NCBI RefSeq assembly: GCF_963921235.1
Contig: NC_086112.1
Location: forward strand, 42,532,001-42,596,000
From: Mobula hypostoma
Lineage: Eukaryota
Direction: 5' to 3'
DNA: 64,000 nucleotides
Part shown: piece by piece, positions 11,938-25,700 of the stretch
Layout: each line of letters begins with the position of its first letter
Numbering within the stretch: position 1 is the first letter of the stretch
The notes under the pieces: model-generated
Databases searched by the model: none
Told to the model about the DNA's origin: nothing
Seen by the model: the letters and a program-made list of their open reading frames with translations, nothing else
Position numbers and translations under genes: made by a program

Positions 11938-12150
11938 ACTCTGCAGATGTTGGGATTGAAATAAAAATAGAAAATGCTGGAAACATTTAACAGGCCTAGC
12001 AGCATCTGTGGGCAGAGAAACAAAATTAACTTTTCAGGTCAAAGCCCCTTCATCAAAACAGTCCTAAAATTTATTTTGACCTGGAATATCGACTCTTGTC
12101 TTTCCATAGACACTGCCTAACCTTCAGAGTGTTTCAGCATTTTCTCTGTT
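11938..12150. mobile_element. Older fold-back Penelope-derived element
   Basis: Inverted arms aaaatgctggaaaca.../...tgtttcagcatttt with a degenerate TGATGA...GAAA core on the minus strand. Confidence 0.55.
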
Positions 12151-12235
12151 ACATGCTTATAATTAGTGTGCACTTTGAATTATGCAGCAGAATTAACTGA
12201 TAATTTTTGTTGGTGCCTTTTTATTCTATATCAAG

Positions 12236-12495
12236 CAATTCCGATCACCAGTGCATCATATTTTGCTAACATAACCCTTCAGCAACTGAAGTATGTGTTG
12301 CGTTCAGATACTGATATATCAATGCCAATGATTGAAGAACGTCTCAGAGTGCTGAAGGAAGCTGGAAACATTTTGCTGGAGAAGTTTGATGGTTCCTTCC
12401 TTAACTGCATTAAGAAGAGTGAGAATAATGCCCAGAAGCTGCTACAGCTTGTGGTGGAGAACTTTCCTTCATACAGAGATGAGGCCATGTTTCAG
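12236..12495 (+). CDS. QNG1: QNG1 coding exon 2
   Basis: [10 protein letters not shown]...[15 protein letters not shown]...VENFPSYRD; AG at 12234-35, donor GTGAGT at 12496. Confidence 0.93.
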
Positions 12496-12689
12496 GTGAG
12501 TCTTTTGTGGCTGATCCATCTTTTGTCAATAACTTAACTTTAGCCAAGATATTGAAGAATGCTATTGCAAAGACATAAACAGAGTTAAAATTATAGCTGT
12601 TTATGAACATGGACCCTATATCATAATGGGGAGCAATAAAATCTTTGGGAATTTGTGCAGCAACCTTTTTGCATCATAACATTCCCAGT

Positions 12690-13810
12690 GTCAGAAATGT
12701 GTTGCTTGTTATGACTATTTGGAATTTGGTTTGGCAACAACACCTCCACAATCTCCATCAGCATAGGTGCACTACAAGGCTGTGCGCTTAGCCCCCTGTT
12801 CAACACTCTTTACGCTTATGACAACTCATGCCATATTTAAGTTTGTTGATGACACTACTGTCACAGGCCAAATCAAAGGTGGTAATGAATCAGCAGATTA
12901 GATTAGATTATGAGGACACTCAATCCTTGTTTATTGTCATTTAGAAATGCATGCATTAAAAAATGATACAGTGTTCCTCCAGAATGATATCACAAGAAAC
13001 ACAGGACAAACCAAGACTAAAACTGACAAAACCACATAATTATAACATACAGTTACAACAGTGCAAAGCAGTACTGTAATTTAAGAGCAGACCATGGGCA
13101 CGGTAAAAAAAATACAGGAGGGAGATTGAAAATCAGACTGAGTGGTGCCATAACAACAACCTCTTACTCAATGTCAGCAAGAACAGGGAACTCGTTATTG
13201 ACTTCAGGATGGGAAACTGGAGGTCCATGAGCCAGTCCTCATCAGGGGATCAGAGGTGGAGAGAGTCAGCAACTTCATTGGTGTTATCATTTCAGAGTTT
13301 CTGTCTTGGGCCCAGCGCATAAGTACAATTACAAAGAAAGCATGGCGGTACCTCTAAGTTCCTTAGGAGTTTGTGAAGCAGCGGCATATGACATCTAAAA
13401 ACTTTGACAAACTTCTAGAGATGGATGGTGGAGAGTATATTGACTGGCTCCATCACAGACTGGTATGGAAATGTAAATGCCCTTGAAAGGAAAATCCTAC
13501 AAAAAGTCTCTCCTGCCATTGGGCACATCTACAAGGAGCATTCTCACAGGAAAGCAACATGCATCGTGCATCATCAAGGACCCCACCACCAAGGCCATGC
13601 TCTTGTTGCTACAATCAGGAACAAGGTACAGGAGCCTTAGGATTCTCACCATCCGGTTCAGGAACATTTATTACCCTTCAAACATCAGGCTCTTGAACTA
13701 AAAGGGATAACTTCACTCAACTTCACTTGCCCACTACTAAGCTGTTCCTACAACCTATGGACTGTTTCAAGGACTTCATCTTATGCTCGATACTTATTGC
13801 TTATTTATTA
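12690..13810 (+). mobile_element. Degraded Rex1/L2-like LINE RT 3' part, interrupted by a short element (12896-13110, -)
   Basis: Decayed GALQGCALSP and KFVDDTT motifs. The nested insert has a (GATTA)n end and matches 28960-29170 in reverse. Confidence 0.6.
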
Positions 13811-14048
13811 TTGTTACTTCTTTTTCTAAGACCGATTAGGGTCAAAGAGCACTGGCATCGAGGCTCATGGTCATTGAGGCAAGTAGAATAAATAGATACA
13901 TGGGTGTAAGGCATTTTTCTGAGAGAGCGATGGTGGGGAGAAAGAGTAAGGTGATGGCCCAAAGCCCAGAGGGGCATTGGCCAAAGCTAGAATGGAATTT
14001 CTGTGATGATTGTGGGACAATGGGTGGTGATAAAGTTCAGGTTAGGTA

Positions 14049-15333
14049 CAGTGCTTGTAAAAAGTATTCACCCCCGCCTTGGAAGTTTTCAGGTTCTATA
14101 GTTCTACATTTTTTGACACTGAACTTCAGAAAAAGACTCTTTCATGTCAAAGTGAAAACAGATCTCTACAAAGTGATCAAAATTAATTACAAATATAAAA
14201 CATAAAATTATTAATTGCAGAAGTATTCACCCCTTCAAGTCAGTATTTAGTAGATGCATCTTTGGCAGCAACTTGAGTCTGTGTAGATAGGTCTCTATCA
14301 CGTTTGTACATCTGGACACTGCAGTTTTTCCCCCATTCTTCTTTACAAAACTGCTCAAGCTTTGTCAGATTGCATGGGGATCATGAGTGAACAACCCTTT
14401 TCAAGTTCAGCCACAAATTCTCAATTGGATTGAGGTCTGGACTCTGACTTGGCCACTCTAGGACATTAACTTTGTTGTTTTTAAGCCATTCCTCTGTAGC
14501 TTTGGCTTTATGCTTGGGGTCATTGTCTTGTTAGAAAACAAATCTTCTCCCAAGATGCAGTTTCTTGCAGACTGCAGCAGGTTTTCCTCCAGGATTTCCC
14601 TGTATTTTGCTGCATTCATTTTACCCTTTTCTTTCACAAGTCTTACAGGGCCTACTGCAATGAAGCATCCCCACAGCATGATGCAGCTACCACCATGCTT
14701 CACGATAGGGATGGTGCTTTTTTGATGATGTACATAGTGTTTAGTCTGATGGCAAAGGCCTTAATTTTGATTTCATCAGACAATAGAACCTTCTAGCTGA
14801 CTTCAGAGTCTCCTACATGCCTTCTGACAAACTCCAGCCGAGATTTCATGTGAGTTTTTTCAATAGTGGCTTTCTCTATGCCATTCTCCCATAAAGCTGC
14901 AGCTGGTGAAGCACCCAGGCAACAGTTGTATGCGTGGTTTCTCCTATCTCAACCACTGAAGCTTGTAACTCCTCCAGGGTTGTCATAGGTCTCTTGGTAG
15001 CCTCCCTCACTCATCCCTTTCTTGCATGGTCACTCTGTTTTTGAGGACTGCCTGTTCTAGGCAGGTTTACAGCTATGCCATATTCTTTCCATTTCTTGAT
15101 GATGGACTTAACTGTACTCTATGGGATATTCAGTGACTTGGACATTTTCTTGTATCCACCTTCTGACTTGGAGTTGCTTGGAGTGCTCTTTTGTCTTCAT
15201 GATGTAATTTTTGCCAGGGTACTGACTAACCAGCAGTTGGACCATCCAGATATAGGTGTATTTTTACCACAGCCAGTTGAAACACCTTGACTGCACAGAG
15301 GTGTCCAAAACCAGATCTCCATTTAACTAATTA
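14049..15333 (-). mobile_element. Tc1-like DNA transposon (IR/DR type), degraded and truncated
   Basis: TA|CAGTG...AAGTATTCACCCC terminus, with the motif repeated at 14221; transposase KHGGSCIMLWGCF; homologous to 62887-64000. Confidence 0.85.
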
Positions 15334-16010
15334 ATGGCAAGTTTCTTAACAGTATGGATTAACAGGGGTCTAAGTACATAGATCCCTCAAAGTTACTGTG
15401 CTAGTTGATGCAGTGGTTAAGAAAGCATATGGTGTTTTGGCCTTCATTAATCAGGGGATTGAGTTTAAGAGCCATGAGGTAATGTTGCAGCTCTATAAAA
15501 CAGGTTAGACCACACTTGGAGTATTGTGTTCAGTTCTGGTCGCTCGTATTAGGAAGAGTGTGGAAGCTTTAGAGAGGGTGGAGAGGAGATTTATGAGGAA
15601 GCTGCCTGGATTAGAGAACCAATCTTATGTGGAAAGTTGAGCAAACTCTTTGAAGTGAAGGAGGATAAGAGGTGACTTGACAGCGGTTTATAGGTTATCA
15701 GAGGCATAGATAGAGTGTCAATGGCCTATACCAGAGGACATTCTTTTAAGTTGAGATGTCAGAGGTAGTTTTTTTTATACAGAGAGTTCTAAGTACCTGA
15801 AATGCACTGCCGGGGCAGTGGTTAAGGCTGATACATTAGGAACATACTGTGTAATAGACTTTTAGATAAGCACATAGATAAAAGGAAAAAAATGGAAGGT
15901 TATGGAATACTTTAGAGGGAGGGGTTAGATTGATCATGGAGTAATTTTATGTATAGTAGGTCATCACAAGATTGTGGGCTGAAGGAGTCAAAGTGTGCTG
16001 TACAATTTGT
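15334..16010 (+). mobile_element. CR1 3' fragment
   Basis: RPHLEYCVQFW-type sequence at about 15505-15540. Confidence 0.7.
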
Positions 16011-16789
16011 AGCTAATGGAATGTTGCACACACAATTTTGAAGTGTAAGAGTGAAATGTGACCAGAAGTACTTGATGGAATTTCTGACCAAGCATTAAAC
16101 TGATTTAAAAAAATTGTAGCTTCTATTTTGTGATGCATTGATCCATAATGACTCCTTTGTGCTGAAAAATTGCCATCACATGATCTAGTATTGAGTTTTG
16201 TGTAGTAGTGAAATGAAATGGAAACATACTGCAGATTTGTTAGAAATTTTGAAGGACAGGTTTTCAATTTTTACTTATAATGATGTCAGCATATCACATC
16301 AGTAGGATTTTTTTCCTGAAATTTTTATTCAAGTACAAGCAATTTATAATTTTTTTTCAGAGCTCCATTGGGATAAAGTCATTAGTTCAGTTTTGTTTGT
16401 GCTGAAATGTAATGAAATCTTGAAATAGCATTCAACATTGCAGACCATTTCAGATACTGGTCGTGTTTCATTTTGAGATTTTTTTTCTTGCATGAAGTAA
16501 TCAGGATTAACTGTATAATAATCTGGATTTCACAATCTAAACTTTTGCTCTTAAGCTTGATGTAATTCCATCATGTTGACACTTCATTGTAGGGTATGTC
16601 TGCTGCTACTTCTAACATATTCTGTGGTCCTCGTTGGATTGGGTTAGTTGGCTAGTTTATAACAAACATAGATTGTGTGACATAGTGAGCACTGAGAAAG
16701 TGCAAGATCATGCTTTCACTTATTGTCCAATATATGGTGGACTACCTCCCATCCCTCAAGTAACGAGGAGGCTAAAGTATTTTATTTAG

Positions 16790-17035
16790 AGATATAGCGC
16801 GGAACAAGCCCTTCTGATCCATTGAGTCGGGCTGCCTAGCAACTCATGGACTTTGCCTGAGCCTAGTCACAGGGCAACATCTTTGGACTGTAGGAGGAAG
16901 CTGGAGTACCCAGAGGAAACCCACATGCACACAAAAAGAACATACAAATTTTCTTACAGAGTATGCCAGAATTGTGTTCGAGCTCCGACACCTCAAGCTG
17001 TAATAGCATTGCACTACCCTCTCTGCTGCCATGGA
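16790..17035 (-). mobile_element. SINE (V-SINE/HE1-like)
   Basis: Minus strand GTGGGTTTCCTCTGGGTACTCCAGCTTCCTCCTACAGTCCAAAGA central domain; related copy at about 40820-41060. Confidence 0.6.
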
Positions 17036-17564
17036 ATAGAATGCAGAAGCAACTGAAAGGCTTGTTCAGATGCAGATGTACTGTAGGTTCCAGCACCAGG
17101 AGGAAATGTGTTTTGTTTATATAGAATGATACAGCACAGAAAGCTTTTGCTGGCTCTTTGATTGAGAATCAATCAGTCTTTGTATACTGTATTTCACGTC
17201 CTGTTTCTTAGATACCTACATTCCTTTTTCGCAGAACTTAATTTCAGATGGTAGACTGCTTTTTCTTCTAAAACTGACCTTTAATCTGCTTTTTCCTCAG
17301 TAATATGCTGCAGCCTGTGGCTCTTGTTTGTGAACTGTATTTTGATCACACCAACCTCATTTACAGCAGAGTATGGCACAGAGTTAAGGCTTTATAATGT
17401 ACCTAGAAATAATTTTGTTTTACTGTCACAGGGAAGGTAGAATTTTCTAAATTTTACTAGAAATGGGGATTATTCATTAAGATTGATCTTACTAAGTGTA
17501 ACAAATATCTTGGTATCATAACAAATATTTTGTACCTTAACAACTATTTTCCTTCATCACTTAG

Positions 17565-17760
17565 GGGAAAAAAGTTGCCTTTTATAAAAGAGCACAGATC
17601 CTCGTAGCAGACATCTGGGGTCTTCTAGAAGGAAAGGGGTATGGTTTATTTCATGACATTGCCAGTCTGTCAATGTTTGCAGACTACCAAATCCCTCAGG
17701 CACTTGTCTATTTTGGAGCAATGAAGTATTCACAAGAACTCATGGAAAAACTCAAACAAG
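17565..17760 (+). CDS. QNG1: QNG1 coding exon 3 (missing from the ORF track)
   Basis: Manual translation [25 protein letters not shown]...[11 protein letters not shown]...EKLKQ. AG at 17563-64, GT at 17761; phases fit both neighbours. Confidence 0.93.
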
Positions 17761-18769
17761 GTTTGTAATCAATTTAGTACCAATGGTGAATAATTGCGAG
17801 AAGGGAGTAACACTGTGCATTTGTTAACAGAAGTCATGGATGAACAAGAAATTTATTCACTTTTTGAGATGTTATGTATGACACCTGCAAAGTCTGTGGA
17901 CAAAATTAATCAGCTAATGCCCAGTGATCAGTGTTGATTTATTTACGATATCTGGCTGGAACATGTTAAGATATATCAAGGTGTACTGAGGAGTCCATAT
18001 AAATGCAATGTTCACTGCTTGACAAATTAGTATTTTATGTAAACAAAGACGCCTAGCAAACATTAAGAAGCAGAATTTGCTAGAGAAATAATTTATTGTA
18101 ATCATTTTGAAAAGTAAATTTCATTTTTGACTTAATCTTGAAAGTACCTTAGCTAAAATTTAAGACCCTGCAATAAAATATACTGTACTGAATAGAATAG
18201 AGTAGTTTATTTTTTTTAAATCCAGACAATGTAAGTTCAGTTGATTTGGGGTCTGTGGTATCAATGTCAGCCTATCAGGATCTGATATGAGCCCGTTTAG
18301 ACTATTGCCTAGATATTCTCTGAAATTACTTAGCTGTATAGAATAACCTGTGTGTAAGGATGGATGACTTCAAATATCTTTACTTGATCTCCCACTGCAA
18401 TGAGATGGGGAAAAGATAGAGTTGGTGCTCTTGATACATTCTTCTCGTTTCATTGTAATAAGACAGAAATAGGCCATTTGGCCCATAGAGTCCATTCTGC
18501 CATTTCATCCTGGTTGATTTATTATCCCTCTCAATCCCATTCTCCTACCTTCTCCCCGTAAACTTTGACACCTTGACTAAACAGTATATCTCACTATACA
18601 TACTACTTATTACAAATTACTATAAATTGCACATTATACGTTCAAACGGAGATGTAACGTAAAGATTTTTATTCCTCACATATGTGAAGGATGTTAGAAA
18701 TAAAGTCCAATTCAACCTATCTACCTCCATTTAAAATACACTCAATGACTTGGGCTCCCTTCTGAGAAT

Positions 18770-19330
18770 GCTGCGGACCCAATCTTAGACATCCCTGACG
18801 CTGGCACCTGGGAGGCAAAATACCATCTGGGTGTTTTTTTTCACATCTACAGAATCTCCTGTCTGCTGCTGTCTAACTATGGAATCGCCTATCACTACTG
18901 CACTCCTCTCCCCCCTCCTTCCCTTCTGAGCCACAGAGCCCGAGTAAGTGCCGGAGAACCAGTCACTGTGGTTTCCCCCGGTATGTTGTGCCCTTCAACA
19001 GAATCCAAAGCTGTATACTCTACTTATTATTGAGGGGACTGATCACAGGGGTACCCTGCACTGGCTGCCTATTCCCTTTCCTGACAGTCACTCAGGTACT
19101 TGCCTTCTGCTACCTTGGAGTGACTACCTTCCTGTAGCTCCCATCTATCACCTCCTCGTTCTCCCATATGAGCTGAAGGGCATTGAGCTGCAGCTCCAGT
19201 TCCTTAACACGGTCTTGTAAGAAGCTGCAGCTTCATGTACTTCATGCAGATGTAGTTATCAGGGAGACTGGAATTCTCCCAGAGTTCTCACATCTTTCAC
19301 AAGGAACAGACCACTAACTCTGGACTCATT
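18770..19330 (-). mobile_element. CR1 ORF1 (5') fragment
   Basis: Reverse strand resembles 1570-2060 (VIGDSIVR, LPGASV). Confidence 0.6.
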
Positions 19331-20757
19331 CTCTGCGCACTGTATGTACTAATAGACTAAGAAAGAGAAAATAAAACTTACTAAAATCTTTCTTGGAACC
19401 CCTGCCTGTTCTCGCACAAGCCTCCCACTCCAGTAATGGCGCTGTGCTTGTACCTCACTTTCTGTTACTGTCTCAAATAAACCTCACTCCCGGCAAGACT
19501 TGTTCTGTACAAATGGTAAAGGTAATAAAGCCACTATCACATACTGTATGATGTGGTGTGTTTTTTTTGACAAAGAAGATTGAAGACTTGACATAATAAT
19601 ACGAGCAAAAGGTTTTGAATAGAATGGAAGAATGCATCTCCCAGTATGTAACATGAATGGAGTGACCAAAAATAATTGGTCTGGTAGTGATATGAATCTC
19701 ATCCTGCTGTTCTAGTTAATTGAGTGCTTACTCTTTGTTGGTGGACATTATAACTACTTCCTACGTACCTTTTTTTAAAATCCGTCTCATTCACTATTCC
19801 CCTCTGCATGTACACTTTCATCTCTCCTGTTGGCAGTTCTGTTTATATAGTGATCAGTTGATACCACCTTCTACTACTAATTGTTCTTTCACTAAACTGT
19901 GGAATAAGAAAACATAACTACGTTATGGGGTAATGTCAGGAAAATAACAGTGAACTCTAGTACCTGTGAGTTCAATATGGGAATAGAAATATAAATTGGG
20001 ATGGTTTGGGTTAAAATTTATCGAACATTTCCAGAACATGTATTCAGAAATTTTCCAAGTTAATTGAATGTCCATCTTGATTATTACTAACTAACATAGT
20101 TTTGTTACCTAACCCTTTTATTTTGCTTTCTTCTCATTTTTCTTTACATTCTTCATTGAGAAAAAAGGGATCTTCTAGAAAAAAGAGCAATTTGTTAGAT
20201 ATATAATACAAATCACAGGTTTTTAGCTACCCTGAAAATATGTTTTCTGTAGGTAGAGGAAAGGTTACATTCTGATTAGAATGGAAACAATTAATTATTT
20301 TATCCATTAACAAAATCTGACATTGGTGATAACATATGGCAAACATCTGGCTAATCCTCATAAAAAGGGTAACTCTGTTTTGGTAATTCTAAGTACATGG
20401 ATGGGAAGGATACATAGGGCTATATCCAAGTGTGGGTCAATGGGACTAGGCAGAATAATAGTTTGGCATGGACTAGATGGGCCAAGGAACTTGTTTCTGT
20501 GCTGTTGCACTCTTATCAGCAGGTTAAAACGGAAAATGATTTTGTAAAATTTGATTTCTGCCTTATTATCTAATAGGAAGAAAATCCATCTTGATATTTA
20601 TTGTTTCATTTCTCAAATATTGCAGACTTGAGAATGTAAATTGAAATGTCATTATTTGATGTTTTACTCGGAATCTGTTTATTTTGTTCCAATTGTTTTA
20701 TCACTAGTCTAACCAAATATACTGAAATTAAAAATGCCTTTTCAATTTGTCTCCTAG

Positions 20758-20987
20758 GTGTGCTCTTCCACTCCGGGGACAGAGAGGAGGTAGAAATCAG
20801 AGGTTGCTCCATTTGGTGCATTGAGTTAATAATGCGTCACATCCAAGAACTTGGAGCACAAAAGAAATGTGTGAATAAAGAGATCAATTCTGTTCTCGTT
20901 GATTACTACCTGTGGGATTATGCAAGAGATCACCGAAAAGATATGGCAGATATTCCTATCCATCGTGTCCGATGCATCTACTACTAA
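20758..20987 (+). CDS. QNG1: QNG1 last coding exon
   Basis: [14 protein letters not shown]...[14 protein letters not shown]...HRVRCIYY*. Joined CDS 337+260+196+230 = 1023 nt = 340 aa. Candidate polyA signal ATTAAA at 21062-21067. Confidence 0.93.
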
Positions 20988-21164
20988 TTAGATTCTACAC
21001 AATTTCCGCAAAGCAAAGAAACATTTTGTTATGGGGTGGTATGATTGAATTGCTCATTTATATTAAATTTGCCAACCTTTAACTATTTTTGTACACTTCC
21101 AAAGTTGTGATTTTAAAATTATGGTATTTTATAAAATTGTTAGAATAGGTAATATGGGTTTAAA

Positions 21165-22730
21165 AAAAACTGTGGAGGAACTCAGCAGGTCAAGTAGCAC
21201 CTATGGAGGTGCAGAGATGGTGAACATTTTGGGCTAAGATCCTCCATCACGACTGAAAATGTAGAGGAAAGATAGCCATGGGAGGGAGGGATGGTAGGTG
21301 ATATATGAAATCAGGTGAGGTGGAGGATAATGGGCAGATGAAGCCAGGTAAGGAAGAGGGATGGGAATATTTGGACAGGGTGGGTGCGGGGCGGTGTGGT
21401 CTGCTGGGCAGATGGAGCCGGATGAGAGAAGGAGGAAGTTGGAGGCTGGAGGGTGATGGGATAGGAACAATGATGAACCAGGTGGGGACGGATAGGAAAT
21501 CCAGGTGGCTAGATGTGTAGATGATGAGCAGATAGAACCAGGTGGGCAGGTTAAGAGATCTAGGTAATGGGTGGGGGTGGGGGAGGAAGAAAAACTTGTT
21601 TAAGTGGGAAAGCAAAACAGGTGTGAGTTACCTGAAATTGGAAAATTCATTGTATTGTAATCTACTTTGTGGAATGTACAGTGTTGTTTTTCTAGTTTGT
21701 GTTTGACCTCCCCATTGAAGAAAGTGGTAGACAGACAGATTGGTGGGGGAATGGGAAGGGGAGTTGGAAATGATACAGCTGGAAGCTCAACGTGACTGTT
21801 GCAGGCAGTGCACAGAAGCTTAGCAAAATCTTTGTTTGGTTTTGTCAAAGTAAAGGAAGTTATGCCACGAACACTGGATGTTATACACAAAGGGTAGAAA
21901 AATCTATGTGAATCTTTGCCTCAACTGAGTGTTTAGGTCCCTGAACAGTGGTGGGGGTGGGGGGGGGAAGAAAAGATGCAGGGACAAATGAGAGGCATCA
22001 GAAATGGACCAAATGAATTTCAGGGCAGGGTGGAAGTTGGAAGCAAAGTTGATGTAATTGACAAGTTCAGCCTGGGTGCATGAAGCAGCACCAATGTAGC
22101 ACAGAAAGAGCTGGGGAGCAGTTCTAGAAAAAGTTTTAATGTAGCCAACAAAAAGGCAGAGACACATGGCTACCTCTAGGATTTGGAGAAGGTGGGAGGA
22201 GAGCAAGGAGAAATTATTGAAGGTGAGGACCAGGTGAAGGAGGGTGGTGGTGGAGGGAAACTGGTTGGGTCTGTTACTGAGAAAGAAGCAGAGAGCGGAG
22301 AGCTGTAAGAACTTCTGATGGGGATAGAAGTGTATGTGGCATTGGACATTCATGGTAAAAAATGAGGTGTTCAGGGCTGGAGAATTGAGTGTTAGGATCG
22401 AGAACAAGTGAAATGTCATAGATGTAGATGTGAAGGGACTGAACCAAGGGGGATTGAATGGAGTTGAACTATGCGGACACAATTTCAGTGGGGTAGGAGC
22501 AAGCAGAGGAAGTGGGCCTACCTGAACAGTCGGTTTTGTGGATCTTGGGTAGGAAGTAGAAATGATCAGTGCAAGGTAGGGTATTATGAAGTTGGTGGCA
22601 GTGGATGGGACATCTCCAGAGTTGACGAAGTTAGTGATGCTGGGCGAGATAGTGGCCTGGTGGTGCAGAGGTCCTTTGTAAAGGGGTCCTTTACAAGGGG
22701 TCAGTAAGAGGAGGGCTATGTCAGATGTGA
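21165..22730 (-). mobile_element. Degraded Penelope-like retroelement (RT, GIY-YIG remnant, 3' repeat)
   Basis: LVLTFNNFS...HLLQ..VAM...CLFVGY...FHPALKFIWSIS. The 3' end at 21165-21255 carries a decayed hammerhead core. Confidence 0.7.
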
Positions 22731-22795
22731 GAGAAGGGGGGCAAATTGAAAGACACTTGGGTTCTCTAAGGAATTTACTTAAAGTGACTGCTTAA

Positions 22796-25700
22796 GAGGG
22801 GTTTTCAAGATGGTGCAGTGAAAGGTCTGTTTTGCAGAGCTCAGCATCGCAACACTGATAATTTCGCATATAAACCTGTCCGTTTCAACTTTTTTTTTTA
22901 AATGCCCAAGTGTCAGATTTAATAACATGAACATTGAGTTTTTTTTTTGAACTGCTTCACCGTGACATCGAAAAGTACTAGAAAGGCGGCCAAGATGGAC
23001 TACACAGAGCGCCTGCCTGGGGTTGAGGAGCTAGCTGCTGCTAGCTATGCTAACACGTTGGACCCTGCTTTTTGTCAAGTAATTCTGGAAGTTACGGAGA
23101 ACATATCCAAAATGATGGACAAGAAGCTGTGTCCACTCTCTCTAACACTCCAGTACCACACGATGGAGCTTAAAAATCTTGATACAAGAACGACCGAGGC
23201 CAAGACTGTAGCTGATCAAGCCCAAAGCCGCATCCGGGCGCTAGAAAAGCAAGTTCAAAGCCTGTCTGACCATATCAATGAGTTTGAGAATATAGGTAGG
23301 AGGGAGAACATACGGATCATTGGTCTACCTGAAGGTACAGAAGGCAGCCAGCCAGCGAAGGTTTTTGAGGGCTGGCTGCCTAATTTACTTGATTTGGAAA
23401 CCAAGGCTGGACGCATTAAAGTGGAAAGAGATTGTACGCTGGCTCCAAAACTGGGCTCAGACCAACGCCCTTGACCTGTCCTCGTGCACTTCCATAATTT
23501 TGGTGATAAGCAATGAGTGATCGAGGCTTTGAGACGCCGTGGGACTGATGCCCAGGCTTTAATATATGAGGGATCCAGGCTTACGTTTTTTCAAGATTTT
23601 TCAGCAGCCATTATTCAGAAGTGCAAGGAATTCAACCAGGTAAAGAAGCGGCTAAAAGAATCTGGAATCCAGTACTTTATGCTGTACCCAGTGGAACTAA
23701 AAATCACCTACACCAAGATATTTGATTCTCCTGACAAAACTAAAACTTTTGTAGACACATTGGGCTAAAGAATGTATATATATTGTGTAGCTCTGGTTAT
23801 GGACAATAACATGCTCGATGGTGTCTTTATTTTACCTTTTCATTACTCGACGGCAAGATATAGGATGGGTAACGTGTTTTGATTAATACAGTTTCATTAT
23901 TTGTTTAAATTAGCGGTGCTGCTCCAACCTGAAGGCGCTTAAACATGATGGTAACAAATCGGTGGATTGATAAATTATGTCCTGTTTTCATTTTTGACTA
24001 TGTTAAATGCCATATTGGCAGTAGGGCAGAATATGGGGTGCTAGAAAGTTCAGATATCCCCTTTAAGTGTGGGTTTATCCTCTTGTTCAGCGCTGTTGGT
24101 GCTTTGTTTTTTTTTGTGTGTTTTTTTAATTCACTTCTTGCTGCTCAGCTGATCTTAAGTCAGGTTTCTTCTCCTTCGGAGTCACATGATTGTTATAAAG
24201 GGTTATGACCAGTAACATATAAAAATTGTGCACTTGGAACATTAAGAGGAGTCATTCACCAATCAAGAGAAAGAAAATCCTATTAAACCTGAAAAAGGAA
24301 AGAGTAGACATAGCCTTGCTGCAGGAGACACATTTAAATGATAAAGAACATCTAAAGCTGCAACAGAGTGGATTTGATTGTCTATTTTTCATCTTTTAAT
24401 ACCAGGAGTAGGGGGGTGGCCATTTTAATAAGGAAGAACCTAGCTTTTAAGTTATTAGACTGCATTAAGGATAAGTATGGGAGATTTGTGATTGTTAAGA
24501 CTTCAATATATGGAGAGGATTATGGTATTCTCAATGTTTACTGCCCTCCAGCTCATCCTCTCAAATTCCTAATAGATGCTTTTTCCAAACTTACAAGCTT
24601 TTCAATACAAAACATTATTGTAGGTGGGGATTTTAATTGTCTCATGGACCCATTGATGGACAGAGTGCCTAGTGGTCCCCCATTACTTTCACAGTCCAAA
24701 CAAATCATGGGCTTATGTGGAGAACTAGGACTTGTGGATAGCTGGAGGTTGTTACATCCCTCAGACAAAGACTTCATTTTTTTTCTAATCCACACAAGTG
24801 TTACACCAGAATAGACTTTTTCTAACCCTCAAAACGCTCCTCGATTTAGTTGTATCCTTTACAATTGGAAATATCGCTCTTCCTGACCATGCAGCAGTAT
24901 ATTTAAATATTAAGCCGAAAGATAATGCAGCACGATCTAGACATTAGAGGCTGAATCCTTTTATTCTAAAAGATAATAAATTTATAGACTACTTCCGAAT
25001 TCAAAACTTCCCTATCTATTAATTCCAAATCAGCTAGTAGTCCATCGATGCTCTAGGAAACCGCTAAGACCTATGCAAGAAGACTAATTATCTCCTACTC
25101 TGCTAGTAAAAAGCGACAAGTTGCGGATCAGCAGCGCCTAGTGGAAGCAAGGCTTGTGGCAGCTAGGAAGGATTATATTAATAAGCCTTCCGCAGCCATG
25201 TTACAGAATATCACAGCCCTATTCTGTACTCTTTACTTACACAAGCAGCCAAAAGAAAATTGACGTTTACTAAATGATTGTTTGAACATGGTGAAAAACC
25301 AGAAAGAAAAATGCCTCTCGGATTATTGCTTCAATTAGGGATGGGACAGGAGCCCTCACTAGTAATTCTAAAATGATTAATGTTGTGTTTAAGAATTTTT
25401 ATTGTAAATTGTATCAATCTCAGCAATGTAATGATGGACAATCTAGGATGGAGTCCTTTTTCAGAAATTTAGATCTCCTAGACATTTCTTCTGAACAAGA
25501 GTCCCTCCTCAATGCTCCCTTATCTATACATGAGATACAGGAAGCTGTGAGACAGATCCAAGGTGGGAAGGCCCCTGGTCCTGATGGACTCACTAGTGAA
25601 TTCTATAGAGTTCAAAGGGTTATTATCAGAGCCTATGCTAAACATGTTCAATCATGCATTTAATTGTGGTCTCCTCCCACCATCATTGAGAGAAGCTGTA

